Shown one piece after another: positions 41,470 through 51,766 of a stretch of DNA of 64,000 nt. Source of the DNA: Clostridium sp. CAG:302 (lineage in GTDB: Bacteria > Bacillota_I > Bacilli_A > RF39 > UBA660); assembly GCA_000431795.1 (NCBI GenBank), contig FR887372.1, positions 3,087 through 67,086 on the forward strand. The letters are read 5' to 3'. Positions within the stretch are counted from its first letter, which is position 1; each line of letters begins with the position of its first letter. Below the pieces are notes generated by a model that did no database searches, was not told the DNA's origin, and saw only the letters and a program-made list of their open reading frames with translations. The translations under genes were made by a program, and so were the position numbers.

Positions 41470-41639
41470 GTAAAAAAAGAACATTTTTTTAACTTTTTTG
41501 ACATTTCACTTTACATTTTAACTAAATAAACATTTTTTAACCATAAAATAGACAAAATATTCCTATTTTATAAGGACTAAATATATACTTCTCTCTTATA
41601 TATAATAGATACAAAGTATTTACTTTTAGACTACTCTAG

Positions 41640-41700
41640 GCTAAAAGTAACACTAATAAAACTTGCGTAGTAAGGCTTATTAGTGCATAGAAAAAAAGAT
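41640..41700. repeat. Family-2 repeat module, inverted copy (D)
   Basis: The reverse complement reads cactaataagccttactacgcaagttttattagtgttacttttagcctagagtagtcta, homologous to the copy B core at 17450-17500. Confidence 0.6.
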
Positions 41701-41722
41701 AAGCAATATCATTATCACTTAT

Positions 41723-42892
41723 CTAATCACTATATTTACTATCAATACCAAAGTATTCCTCAAGAGATAACCAGTTACCATTATTATATAAGGTTTTAGC
41801 TAGTTCTTTACCAACATATCTAATATGCCATGGTTCATAAGTATATCCTGTAATACTATCTTTACCTTCAGGATATCTAATAATAAAACCATACTTCCAG
41901 CAGTTATCCTTAAGCCAGTTACTCTCATTAGTACCCGCAAAAGATATATTCACCGTATTCAAATCAATAGTAAGACCAGTCTGATGATCTGAGTAACCTG
42001 CTCTTGAAGAATAAGTATCTGCTTTCTCCTTACCATCCATTCTAACATAATTATCATATATATATTTTTGATCACTATAAGATCTATATCCAGAAGAAGC
42101 ATATATATTAAGACCAAGTACTGAACTATCACTCTTAAGTTCATTAAAAGCATCTCTTACATAATCTACTACTCTAATATAACCATTTATCGTAACTAAA
42201 TTATTAGGAACAAAGTTACTAGGTAAAGAATAAGACTTATTAGCAATAATAACATCATCTATATAAGTAATACCATAATAATTCTTTATCGTATTACCAT
42301 TCTTAGTCTTGCTAATCTTAACATTACTATTTTCCTTTACAACAAGTTTAAACTCCTTACTTGAAGTATTCCCACTAGAATCAGAGGCTGTACATTTAAG
42401 ATTATAAGTACCAGTCTTCTCACTATCATACTCTCCCTCTATTTTAGGAGTAATCTCTTCCATACTATTATCGCTTACTGTAACATTCTCTAGAAAGTTA
42501 GGTACCTTCTCATAAGCTAGCATTTCATAATCTTTTACCCCTTCAATAACTGGAGCCTTAGTATCCTCTACTACCAAAGTAATATTCTTCTTCTCATTAT
42601 CATACATAAAACTACCGTAATAAATACCTGGTTTATATATCTTATTATCATCACTTTCAATACCAGTCCATTCTATTTCTATATCAGAATCAGTGTTCTT
42701 ATATAAATAATCATTAACTACTGGTAATGTACTACCAACTTCAATAGTTATCTTATCTTTATATTTAAATATATCTTTAACATTCTTCTTACTTGTAAAT
42801 AAGAAAATACTAACTCCTATTACAATAAGTAATAATATACTACCAATTATAATAAATAATTTCTTTTTATTTATTTTCTTCCTCTTTGACAT
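41723..42892 (-). CDS. Peptidase M15B (VanY/LdcB-like) D-Ala-D-Ala / LD-carboxypeptidase with N-terminal transmembrane segment and Ig-like domains
   Basis: The C-terminal SGYRSYSDQ...YSDHQTGLTIDL motif is typical of VanY-family zinc carboxypeptidases. Confidence 0.7.
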   Translation of the reverse strand: MSKRKKINKKKLFIIIGSILLLIVIGVSIFLFTSKKNVKDIFKYKDKITIEVGSTLPVVNDYLYKNTDSDIEIEWTGIESDDNKIYKPGIYYGSFMYDNEKKNITLVVEDTKAPVIEGVKDYEMLAYEKVPNFLENVTVSDNSMEEITPKIEGEYDSEKTGTYNLKCTASDSSGNTSSKEFKLVVKENSNVKISKTKNGNTIKNYYGITYIDDVIIANKSYSLPSNFVPNNLVTINGYIRVVDYVRDAFNELKSDSSVLGLNIYASSGYRSYSDQKYIYDNYVRMDGKEKADTYSSRAGYSDHQTGLTIDLNTVNISFAGTNESNWLKDNCWKYGFIIRYPEGKDSITGYTYEPWHIRYVGKELAKTLYNNGNWLSLEEYFGIDSKYSD

Positions 42893-43481
42893 ATTTTCTC
42901 CTTAGTTTCTTATAACAGGGCCTACATACTGAATCATATTCAGCATCAATACCATCTATAGATACTTGTTCTCCAGTAAATACTGGTACTAATTCATTAT
43001 TAATTCTATTCATTCTCAAATTATATGTAGCTTTACTACCACACTTACATACTGCTTTTAATTCTTCAAAAACATCTGCGACTTCAAATAATCTCTTACT
43101 ACCAGGAAACATATAGGAAAAAGCATCCGCTCTTAGTCCATAACATAATACTGGTATATCATAATTATCTACAACATCAGTAAGTTCATCAACTTGTTTA
43201 GGTGTTAAAAACTGAGCTTCATCAACAATTATACAGTCTAAATTATGATTAATTATATGATAACCTATTAAATTATATACATTAACATCAGCCCCTACTA
43301 CATAGTCAGTATCAAGTTCAGCTCCTGATCTACTTTGAATCTTACTGCCAGCCTTTGTATCATCTCCTGGTTTCATAATAAGTACGTTTAAATCTTTCTC
43401 TTTATAATTATAATAAGTTTTAATAATATCCGTTGTCTTACCACACTTCATTGCTCCAAATTTAAAATATAACTTTGCCAT
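42867..43481 (-). CDS. tdk: Thymidine kinase
   Basis: MAKLYFKFGAMKCGKTTDIIK...IIVDEAQFLTPKQV...CKCGSKATYNLR...VCRPCY, matching Tdk throughout. Confidence 0.85.
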   Translation of the reverse strand: MAKLYFKFGAMKCGKTTDIIKTYYNYKEKDLNVLIMKPGDDTKAGSKIQSRSGAELDTDYVVGADVNVYNLIGYHIINHNLDCIIVDEAQFLTPKQVDELTDVVDNYDIPVLCYGLRADAFSYMFPGSKRLFEVADVFEELKAVCKCGSKATYNLRMNRINNELVPVFTGEQVSIDGIDAEYDSVCRPCYKKLRRKYVKEEENK

Positions 43482-43493
43482 AATAATTACTCC

Positions 43494-44378
43494 TTATCTT
43501 TTAGCTCTTGGATGAGCCATTTCATATACTTTTCTTATTTGTTCATTAGTAACATGAGTATATATACTCGTCGTATTAAGTGATTCATGTCCTAATAATT
43601 CTTTAACAGTCATTAAGTCAGATCCATCCTCTAACATATCAGTAGCAAAAGTATGTCTAAAAGTATGTGGACTTATCTTAATATCTAGTCCAGCCTTAGT
43701 AACTAACTTATTAATAATATTTCTAATATATCGTTCAGATAATTTATTACCATCTTTATTAAGAATTAAATAGCCACTACTAAGTTTATTAAATTCATGA
43801 TAACCATCATTTAAATATATCTCTATAGCTTTCTTAGTATGATTATTAAATATAACCATTCTCTCTTTACTACCTTTACCAAGTACTTTAATAGTTCTCT
43901 CATTAATATCAATATCAGATATTTTAATATTAACTAGTTCACTAACTCTAATACCAGTAGCATATAATAGTTCTATAATAACACTATTTCTCTGATTAAT
44001 TGGAGTATCATACTTACATACTTCAAATATTTTATTAGCTTCTTCATCCTTTAAAAACTTAGGTAAATACTCATCTTTCTTAGGATTATTAATTCTATTA
44101 AAATAATTATCTTTAACCATATCTTCTCTTACTAAGTAATTATATAACCCTCTTATACTACTTAACTTTCTAGATATAGAGTTTTTACTAATATTAAGTG
44201 AATATAAGTATTTCATATATTCTTTAACAGTATCATAATCTATATCTAAAATATTAATAAAACTATTACCTAAAAATTCATTATATAAAGTTAAATCATC
44301 ATAATAAGATTCTATTGTCTTATCACTATATTTCTTTACTACTTTTAAATATTCTAAGTATTTATTAATATACTTCAT
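43494..44378 (-). CDS. Tyrosine recombinase XerC/XerD family
   Basis: The 294-aa product has a C-terminal RHTFATDMLEDGSDLMTVKELLGHESLNTTSIYTHV (R..H..Y catalytic signature). Confidence 0.8.
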   Translation of the reverse strand: MKYINKYLEYLKVVKKYSDKTIESYYDDLTLYNEFLGNSFINILDIDYDTVKEYMKYLYSLNISKNSISRKLSSIRGLYNYLVREDMVKDNYFNRINNPKKDEYLPKFLKDEEANKIFEVCKYDTPINQRNSVIIELLYATGIRVSELVNIKISDIDINERTIKVLGKGSKERMVIFNNHTKKAIEIYLNDGYHEFNKLSSGYLILNKDGNKLSERYIRNIINKLVTKAGLDIKISPHTFRHTFATDMLEDGSDLMTVKELLGHESLNTTSIYTHVTNEQIRKVYEMAHPRAKR

Positions 44379-44495
44379 ATATACTTTCTACCTCTTAATA
44401 ATTATAGCATTTTCTTTATATATAAGTAAACTACTTTTACATAAAATTGACATATTTATTGTTACAGTTCGTACTAACGTTACTCACTGCTATAG

Positions 44496-44560
44496 AAAGC
44501 CTTATAGTCTTTCTATAGAAAATTAGAGCCTTCTTAAAGAAGTCTCTAATTTTAGTATAT
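44496..44560. repeat. Tandem long palindromes between efp and xerC
   Basis: ctatagaaag-ccttatagtc-ctttctatag (10-bp arms), then aaaattagagccttcttaaagaagtctctaatttt (near-perfect 35-bp palindrome with the agcctt...aagtct core of family 2). Confidence 0.7.
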
Positions 44561-44750
44561 TTTTTTAGTTTTAATATAAAGAAAATCACCTAACTTAAAG
44601 CATTAAGTTTAGGTGACACCAAATTAATATGGCAACACCCAACAGACGATTATTGAATGTTTCCTTTTTTATTTTATGCAAGTTTCCTTGCTTACATACT
44701 AATATTTATACCTTTTGTCAAACTATTAAAATAGATAAAAAGAAAAGTAT

Positions 44751-45308
44751 CTATTTTCTAGATACATATTTGCCATCTTTAGTAGATACAATTATTTCTT
44801 CTCCCTCTTCAATAAATAGAGGTACTTTAACAAGCATACCAGTTTCTACTATTGCATCTTTAGTAGCATTAGTAGCAGTATTACCTTTAATTGCAGGTTC
44901 AGTCTTAGTAATCTTATAATCTATCTTTTCAGGTAAATCTATTCCAAGCATTTCTCCTTCAAAAAAGATAATAATAACTTCTAAACCTTCTTTTAAATAC
45001 TTAACTTCATTTTCAATTTGCTTTTTATTTAATTCCACTTGCTCATAAGTTTCCATATTCATAAATGAATAAGTATCCCCATCAGAGTATAAAAATTGCA
45101 TTTTTTGTTTTTCAACATGAGCAGTAGGTACTTTAATACCAGCATTAAATGTATATTCAGCAATCGATCCAGTTCTTAAATTTTTAAGCTTAGCCTTTAC
45201 AATAGCAGCTCCTTTACCAGGTTTAACATGATTAAACTCAAGTACCATATATAAATTACCATCATAGTTTATTGTTTGGCCTGACTTAAAATCATTAACA
45301 TTTATCAT
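44751..45308 (-). CDS. efp: Elongation factor P
   Basis: The 185-aa product reads MINVNDFKSGQTINYDGNLYMVLEFNHVKPGKGAAIVKAKLKNLRTG. Confidence 0.9.
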   Translation of the reverse strand: MINVNDFKSGQTINYDGNLYMVLEFNHVKPGKGAAIVKAKLKNLRTGSIAEYTFNAGIKVPTAHVEKQKMQFLYSDGDTYSFMNMETYEQVELNKKQIENEVKYLKEGLEVIIIFFEGEMLGIDLPEKIDYKITKTEPAIKGNTATNATKDAIVETGMLVKVPLFIEEGEEIIVSTKDGKYVSRK

Positions 45309-45319
45309 TTACAATCCTC

Positions 45320-45490
45320 CTACTTCTTAGTTTCTTTGTGCTTAGTTGTCTTACGACAGAACTTACAATATTTATTTAATTCTAATTTCTCTGGAGTGTT
45401 TTTTTTATTTTTTTCTTCAGTATAATTAATATTTTTACATTCTTCACACATTAAAGAAACTAGTACTCTATTTTCGTTTTTCTTAGCCAT
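45320..45490 (-). CDS. rpmG: 50S ribosomal protein L33
   Basis: [56 protein letters not shown]; it has the zinc-ribbon cysteines. Confidence 0.85.
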   Translation of the reverse strand: MAKKNENRVLVSLMCEECKNINYTEEKNKKNTPEKLELNKYCKFCRKTTKHKETKK

Positions 45491-45537
45491 AATAACTCCT
45501 CCTCCTAAAACATCCACTTAATTATATCATACTTTTA

Positions 45538-46278
45538 TTAATTTATACAACTATTTTTTATTTTTTCTTTCTTTTTTATGTCTTTTTCTAATTCACCATT
45601 TAAATAATTAATAGCCATAATTTCTTCAATTCTATCTAATATATCATAGGATGTAGTCTTATATTTTACTGCTAATGCATTAACAAACTTCATATATTCT
45701 ATATATTCATCGTTTTCATGTTTTAATGCTTCTCTTAATATTTCATTTCTAGGTAATAATATTGCTCTATTTAAATAATCCATTTCTGTTTTACCAAAAT
45801 TATATTTTTTAACTTCTTTTAATATTTCATTTTTTGATAAACCACTAATACTTAACTTTTCTACTAATAGTTCAATTTCAATATATTTAAATATATTATT
45901 TCCATCAAAGCAATCAAATTCTTCATCTAATTTCTTAATATTGTATATTTCAGTACTATATATCCCAATAGATTCAGCATTCATAAGTTTAATATCATTC
46001 ATTCTTTTAATAATACAATCTACTGGAACACTATATTTAATACTTAAGTCTCTATAAACATCAATATCCCCAATAAACTTATTTTCTTTATATTCTTCTA
46101 TATCTTCTTTAGGTAAGAAATAAGCTTCAATTAAATATAATATATCGTGTTTATTAGTAAAATTATTCATAAAATAAGAAAGTATTTCATTATCAGTTAT
46201 ATTATCTGGATAATTATCCTTAAGCCAGTCTTCTAAATATATATGTCTTTCTACTAAATCTTGTTTATTTTTCTTCAT
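45538..46278 (-). CDS. Hypothetical protein (246 aa)
   Basis: ORF with no recognisable motif. Confidence 0.4.
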   Translation of the reverse strand: MKKNKQDLVERHIYLEDWLKDNYPDNITDNEILSYFMNNFTNKHDILYLIEAYFLPKEDIEEYKENKFIGDIDVYRDLSIKYSVPVDCIIKRMNDIKLMNAESIGIYSTEIYNIKKLDEEFDCFDGNNIFKYIEIELLVEKLSISGLSKNEILKEVKKYNFGKTEMDYLNRAILLPRNEILREALKHENDEYIEYMKFVNALAVKYKTTSYDILDRIEEIMAINYLNGELEKDIKKKEKIKNSCIN

Positions 46279-46340
46279 AATGACCTCCCTAATAAATGTA
46301 TTTATATTATAAGTATAATATCCATATTTGTAAATACCTG

Positions 46341-48524
46341 CTAACTATTTAATTCAAAATATTTATTTACTATATTTGCGGATATTCTCTTAGTAACTAG
46401 TGACTGAGGATTATCAGGTAAACTAATATCTGGAGATACCACTACTACACTCATTTTCGGATTATCGCTTGGAGAATATCCCACAAAAGAAGTAGTAATA
46501 GTCTCAGTATCCACTTTACCATCATTATCGGTATCAATAAAACTCTCACTAGTACCAGTCTTACCAGAAGAATTAGTATAATATCCCATATAACCATAAC
46601 CAAGTCCACTAGTAACAACAGCATTAAATCCTTCTCTTACTCTATCAATATATTTCTTATCTACTGATAAAGTCCCTTGAATAGTAGTATTACCCTTATA
46701 GACAAGAGAACCAAACTTATCACCATTATCACTTGGAGTATATACTTCTTTTAATAAATAAGGTTTTAATCTATTACCACCATTAGCTATTGTATTAATA
46801 TATTGTGATAACTGAATAGGTGTATAAGTATCATATTGTCCTATAGCAAAGTCAAGTAAATGTCCAGGTAATTTACTAGTACCCATATATCCAAGACTTT
46901 CTACTGGAAGATCAATACCCGTTTTACGTCCAAGTCCAAACTCCGCATACATATTACGGTACTTCTTAAAAGCATCAGGATTTAAAGAAAGTCCCTTATT
47001 ATATTCATAAGTACCTCCTCCAACATTAATAGCAATCTTATACTGATAAACATTCGAAGAATATTGAAGAGCATAAATATCATTAATATTACCCATTGTT
47101 CTCCATGAACACTTTTCAGGAGTATCTTTAATCTTAATACATTCATCATTAATAACAGTACCAATATCAATAGCTCCATATTTATAACCTACCATCATTG
47201 AAGCTCCTTTTACTACTGATCCCGGAGTAACAGGAAGAGTCACAATACCAGGAGTATAATCAACAACATACTTCTCGCCATTATCATTAGTAAGTACTTG
47301 TTTACCACTCATAGCTAGTATCTCTCCAGTATTAGGATCTGATATCACTACAAAAGATCTATTATAATAGTTAGTACCAGTTTCACCTTTAGCATTATAT
47401 ACCTCATTAGCTAGCATCTCTTCTAAATACTTCTGAAGATTAATATCAATAGTAAGTACAATATCATTACCTCTCTTACCCTCACTAACAAGTTCATAAC
47501 TATTATCAGATAAAAGTCTATAAGTAGCTTTAGTTCCCTTTAAATAATCTTCATACTGATATTCCAAGTAAGAAATACCAACTCTATCATCTAAAGAATA
47601 GCCTTTCTTTAAATAAGTTTTAGCAAGTTCTTCAGGAATACCCTGACTATTCGAAGATACACTACCTAAAATAGTCTTAAAAGTATTATCATACAAATAC
47701 ACTCTTTCCCAATCTAACTTAGTATTAAAACCATTTAAATTGTCAATATTCTCACTAATATAAGCATATTCTTCTTCAGTAACATCTTTATTCTTAATTA
47801 CCTTCTCAGCATAAGAATATCCCTTATTCATAAGATAATAAATATAAGCTGCTTTCTTATCCCTTTCGTCATATTCACTTATCTCATCATCAATTCTCTC
47901 ATATATTAACTTAAGAATATCCTTATCAGTAAGTTTTCTCTTACTATATAAATCCCATTCCTTATCAGTAATTTTCTTTCTACATTCTTCATAATGTCCT
48001 TTATAATAAAAATCTTTTAATTTAGTATCATTAATGCCACTATAATCAATAGAAATATTATCTCCTATAGTATAAGCAAGTTCTATCTCTTCTTTAGCCT
48101 TAACCCCACTCTTCTTCTTATAATATATCGTTTTAACAGCTTCATTATCTACAAGTAGATTATAATTTCTATCATATATTCTACCCCTAGGACTACTAGT
48201 ACTTTCTATTTTCTTTTCCGTAGAATAAGAAAGTTTCTCCGTATATTCATCGTTTTTAAGTATCTGAAGATAAAATACTCTACTAATTATTATTAGAAAT
48301 AATACACATATAACACCAATAATAATATTAAATCTCTTTTCCATTATCTCAAATAACTTTTTATCATTAGTTTTCTTCTTCTTATTAATAGGTCTACTAC
48401 TTTTTTTAACTTCAAACATATTCTTTTTCTTTTTATTATTAATTTTTCTCTTAATATCAAAGTTAATCTTTCTCATATAGCACCTTCCAGTATTTATTAT
48501 ATCATAAAAATTATAATTATACAT
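46341..48524 (-). CDS. Penicillin-binding protein 2 (class B transpeptidase); start uncertain
   Basis: Transmembrane anchor, dimerisation domain and transpeptidase motifs (SVVK, SSN-type, KTGT). Several in-frame candidate starts lie within the first 50 codons. Confidence 0.8.
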   Translation of the reverse strand: MYNYNFYDIINTGRCYMRKINFDIKRKINNKKKKNMFEVKKSSRPINKKKKTNDKKLFEIMEKRFNIIIGVICVLFLIIISRVFYLQILKNDEYTEKLSYSTEKKIESTSSPRGRIYDRNYNLLVDNEAVKTIYYKKKSGVKAKEEIELAYTIGDNISIDYSGINDTKLKDFYYKGHYEECRKKITDKEWDLYSKRKLTDKDILKLIYERIDDEISEYDERDKKAAYIYYLMNKGYSYAEKVIKNKDVTEEEYAYISENIDNLNGFNTKLDWERVYLYDNTFKTILGSVSSNSQGIPEELAKTYLKKGYSLDDRVGISYLEYQYEDYLKGTKATYRLLSDNSYELVSEGKRGNDIVLTIDINLQKYLEEMLANEVYNAKGETGTNYYNRSFVVISDPNTGEILAMSGKQVLTNDNGEKYVVDYTPGIVTLPVTPGSVVKGASMMVGYKYGAIDIGTVINDECIKIKDTPEKCSWRTMGNINDIYALQYSSNVYQYKIAINVGGGTYEYNKGLSLNPDAFKKYRNMYAEFGLGRKTGIDLPVESLGYMGTSKLPGHLLDFAIGQYDTYTPIQLSQYINTIANGGNRLKPYLLKEVYTPSDNGDKFGSLVYKGNTTIQGTLSVDKKYIDRVREGFNAVVTSGLGYGYMGYYTNSSGKTGTSESFIDTDNDGKVDTETITTSFVGYSPSDNPKMSVVVVSPDISLPDNPQSLVTKRISANIVNKYFELNS

Positions 48525-48546
48525 ATAGTTAATTAGGTGAAAAGCA

Positions 48547-48828
48547 ATGAATATTTATTTAATCAGTGAATATGTAAACAGAATGCAAAAACAAGATGTA
48601 AATAACTTTGCCCTAAAGCAAGGTATAACACTAGATAATGAAGAACTAGATATTATCTATAATTATATTAAAAATAATTATAAAACCCTTATTTATGGTA
48701 ATCCCAAAGTAATACTCGAAGAAATAAAGTACCAAGTAAAACCCCTTACTTATAACAAAATAGAAAATCTATATATGCAGTTCAAAGACAAAATAGATAA
48801 CTTTACTAAAAATATAAAAGGCTATTAA
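48547..48828 (+). CDS. Hypothetical small protein (93 aa), only plus-strand gene in this region
   Basis: ORF lies between convergent neighbours. No motif identified. Confidence 0.4.
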   Translation: MNIYLISEYVNRMQKQDVNNFALKQGITLDNEELDIIYNYIKNNYKTLIYGNPKVILEEIKYQVKPLTYNKIENLYMQFKDKIDNFTKNIKGY

Positions 48829-48841
48829 AGCCTTTTATATT

Positions 48842-49735
48842 TTAACTTCTTATTTTATTAATTAGATTACCATCAAACTCTTTATTCCTAATCATTTCTA
48901 TCTCATACTTATATGGTGGATATACTTTATCTTTACTATTATCATCTTTAGTTACATAAGGAGTTTCTAATATTCTAGGTATCCCCTCTAATCTCTCATT
49001 ATAAATAATATTAATTAAATTATCAAAACCAATAGTACCAAAACCAATATTCTCATGTCTATCTTTATGACTAGCCATAACATTCTTACTATCATTAACA
49101 TGGATGCAGCCTATTTTATTAATACCAATAATATTATCAAATAAATCAAGAATGCTATCAAAGTCACTCATATCATAACCAGCATCATTTAAATGACAAG
49201 TATCTAAGCATACTCCTATTTTATCTTGATATTTAACTCTATCTATAATAGCTTTTAATTCTTCAAAAGACTTACCAACTTCATTACCTTTACCCGCCAT
49301 TGTTTCAAGTAAAATAGTAACATCATAATCATTATCAAGAATTAAATTTAATCCATCACTAATATTAATAATAGCTTCTTCTCTAGAACAATTAACCGCC
49401 GAACCAGGATGTAAAACCATTTTCTTAATACCAAGTTCCGCACATCTTTCTACTTCTCCCTTTAAGAAAGATACTGAAAAATCAAAATTATCTATATTAG
49501 CCAAATTAACTATATATGGAGCATGTACTACAACATTATTTATATCTATATCATTATTTTTCATCATATCATAAGCTTCACTAGTAAGTTCTTTTTTTAT
49601 TGCACCACGATTAGTATTCTGCGGAGCCCCAGTATAAAACATAAAAGTATTCTCTCCATAACTAATAGCCTCTTTAACACTACCAAGTAACTGACTATCA
49701 TTCTTATAAGAAACATGACTACCTATAATAAGTTC
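48842..49735 (-). CDS. nfo: Endonuclease IV
   Basis: MELIIGSHVSY...; AP-endonuclease family 2 motifs (HAPYIVNLAN, LETMAGKGNE, HLNDA). Confidence 0.85.
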   Translation of the reverse strand, partial: ELIIGSHVSYKNDSQLLGSVKEAISYGENTFMFYTGAPQNTNRGAIKKELTSEAYDMMKNNDIDINNVVVHAPYIVNLANIDNFDFSVSFLKGEVERCAELGIKKMVLHPGSAVNCSREEAIINISDGLNLILDNDYDVTILLETMAGKGNEVGKSFEELKAIIDRVKYQDKIGVCLDTCHLNDAGYDMSDFDSILDLFDNIIGINKIGCIHVNDSKNVMASHKDRHENIGFGTIGFDNLINIIYNERLEGIPRILETPYVTKDDNSKDKVYPPYKYEIEMIRNKEFDGNLINKIRS

Positions 49736-49807
49736 CATATCTATCACTTCCTCTACCTAATTATACTATATTTTATCAAAAATAAAAAGAGGATTATCCC
49801 TCTTTAA

Positions 49808-50251
49808 TTAACATCCTGAACCAGTAGCTGTATTTTTAGTAGTGTCGCTAGCGTTATAAAATTGGCTACCATCAGCAGCAGTAAGTGTTACGCAAATCTT
49901 AGAACCATTAACCTTTACAGTACCACTTAGTCCTGTTGGATTAGTAATACCTGCAGCTTTTAATACAGCAGCATCTAAATTCTTTGCAGTAGTAGTTAAT
50001 CCACCTTCACCAACAAATGTAGTATATTCATCAGCAGGTCCACCAGCTACTCCAGCACCCAATGTAGCAAGTTCATATTGTTTAGTAAACCATTCAGTAA
50101 CTGTACCCGCAGCATTATTTAATTGACTAGTTTTAGCACTATTCATTGAACTAATAACTGATGGTATAGTAACTACGATAATAATAGCAAGTACTACGAT
50201 AACTGCTAATAACTCTATTAAAGTAAATCCTTTCCTATTTAATTTTTTCAT
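49808..50251 (-). CDS. Type IV pilin / pseudopilin (prepilin N-terminal methylation domain)
   Basis: MKKLNRKGFTLIELLAVIVVLAII: a class III signal peptide with the G/FTLIE cleavage motif. There is a C-terminal Cys pair. Confidence 0.7.
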   Translation of the reverse strand: MKKLNRKGFTLIELLAVIVVLAIIIVVTIPSVISSMNSAKTSQLNNAAGTVTEWFTKQYELATLGAGVAGGPADEYTTFVGEGGLTTTAKNLDAAVLKAAGITNPTGLSGTVKVNGSKICVTLTAADGSQFYNASDTTKNTATGSGC

Positions 50252-50308
50252 TATAAATCATTCTCCCTTCATCTATCTTACAAAATAATCTTATCACAAA
50301 ATAAAATC

Positions 50309-51037
50309 TTAGTCAATTATTTTAAGATAAATATTTACATATTTATCACTATACTTTTTGCTTTTCAATAATTCTAAATTATTATATTTATCTTTTAATT
50401 TATCAAAACTATACTCTAATAATAAGATTCCATTATCTAAAAGTAAATCATACTTAGTAACTAGTTCTATTACTTCTTCCATTACTTCCATTTTATAAGG
50501 AGCATCTACTAGTACAATATTAAACTTAATATTATTATTTTTAAAATATAATAAACTATCTCTATAATCTTTACTAACTATAATACTCTTACTATTAATA
50601 CCAAGATTATTAATATTCTTATTTAAATATCTCAATATATCTTTATTATTATCTACAAAATAACATCTACTAGCACCCATAGATAAAGCTTCTATACCAA
50701 GACTACCAGTACCACAAAATAAATCTAATATGATAGAATCATCAATATAATTTTGAATACTAGTAAACATAGATTCCTTTACTCTATTCATCGTGGGTCT
50801 AGTACCTATTATATTATAAGCCAAATAATTCTTTTCCTTATATTCAGAATATTTATATATTTTTTCTTTTAAAGATATTTTTTCATAATCATCTTTACTA
50901 GTATTATATTTATTAATTAATTCTAATAATTCACTATTATTTATAACTATTTCTTTATAATAATCTAATTTTCTAATTAAATTGCTATTTTCAAAAGAAT
51001 CTATTAACTTCTTTGTTTTATCTATAATATTATTCAT
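50309..51037 (-). CDS. rsmD: YlbF-like::RsmD fusion ORF (duplicate copy 1; 16S rRNA m2G966 methyltransferase domain)
   Basis: N-terminus MNNIIDKTKKLIDSFENS... is a paralog of 52321-52617. The C-terminus (LDLFCGTGSLGIEALSMGA...VLVDAPY) is about 95% identical to 51767-52333. A deletion of about 90 nt relative to copy 2 fuses the frames. Confidence 0.6.
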   Translation of the reverse strand: MNNIIDKTKKLIDSFENSNLIRKLDYYKEIVINNSELLELINKYNTSKDDYEKISLKEKIYKYSEYKEKNYLAYNIIGTRPTMNRVKESMFTSIQNYIDDSIILDLFCGTGSLGIEALSMGASRCYFVDNNKDILRYLNKNINNLGINSKSIIVSKDYRDSLLYFKNNNIKFNIVLVDAPYKMEVMEEVIELVTKYDLLLDNGILLLEYSFDKLKDKYNNLELLKSKKYSDKYVNIYLKIID

Positions 51038-51250
51038 TATCTATATTTAAAATCCTTTTCAAGTTCTCTTTTTATATCTCTTTCTTTAATAAATTCTTTT
51101 TTATCATAATTCTTTTTACCTTTACATACTCCTATTTCTACTTTACATCTTCCTTTTACAAAATAGAATCTAAGTGATATTAGTGTATATCCTTCTATTT
51201 CTAATTTGTTTTTTAGTTTTAATATTTCTTTTTTATGAAGTAAATATATT
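51038..51250 (-). pseudogene. Truncated smpB 3' fragment (duplicate remnant)
   Basis: The reverse complement encodes ...EFIKERDIKRELEKDFKY, matching the C-terminus of smpB at 52617-53054. Nucleotide similarity to 52618-52830 ends near 51250. Confidence 0.65.
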
Positions 51251-51305
51251 TTATCATTTTGATGTTAGAACAGATATCATTTAGACAAAGTTTTTTACAC
51301 TCTCC

Positions 51306-51336
51306 TCTATTTAAAAAAATGAACTATTTTTTAGTT
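51306..51336. terminator. Bidirectional terminator hairpin
   Basis: AAATGAACTA-ttttt-TAGTTCATTT, flanked by A-run and T-run. Confidence 0.6.
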
Positions 51337-51339
51337 CAT

Positions 51340-51684
51340 TTATCTTTTCATTGGTTTTGATTCTTCTACATTTATATTTGATTGTATTTCAAATGATTGT
51401 ATTAAAGCATTAAAATATTGTTCTTTAGAATAACCTTTCGGACATTCGACTTTGCCTGATATGATATCTTCATAAATTTTTCTTTTAAATTTTTCTTTTT
51501 CTTCAGGGATACTCATGTATTGCATTTTCATTTTATATAATTCTTCTAATCTAATTAATATTTTTTCTTCTTCGGAATTTAGCTCTTTATAAGATGGGAT
51601 ATCTTTTGTAATCATTGGAATAACTTGATCAAAAGGATTTTTTTCTAATTTTTTTTGTACTTCATCATATGATTTTTTATTCAT
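51340..51684 (-). CDS. Hypothetical protein (114 aa) located between the duplicated segments
   Basis: ORF with no recognisable motif. Confidence 0.45.
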   Translation of the reverse strand: MNKKSYDEVQKKLEKNPFDQVIPMITKDIPSYKELNSEEEKILIRLEELYKMKMQYMSIPEEKEKFKRKIYEDIISGKVECPKGYSKEQYFNALIQSFEIQSNINVEESKPMKR

Positions 51685-51766
51685 ATTTTCCCTCCTTTAT
51701 TGAATTATACTATATTTTTATTAATTTGACAATTACTATAACTATTCAAAAGTTGCACTTGACTTT

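Noticed and set aside
41959-42153. 64-aa ORF inside the M15 carboxypeptidase gene
   Set aside because: It is an internal alternative frame.
44629-44919. 96-aa plus-strand ORF overlapping the efp 3' end
   Set aside because: It overlaps efp antisense, and the region is better explained by terminator hairpins.
46982-47179. 65-aa ORF inside the PBP2 gene
   Set aside because: It is an internal alternative frame.
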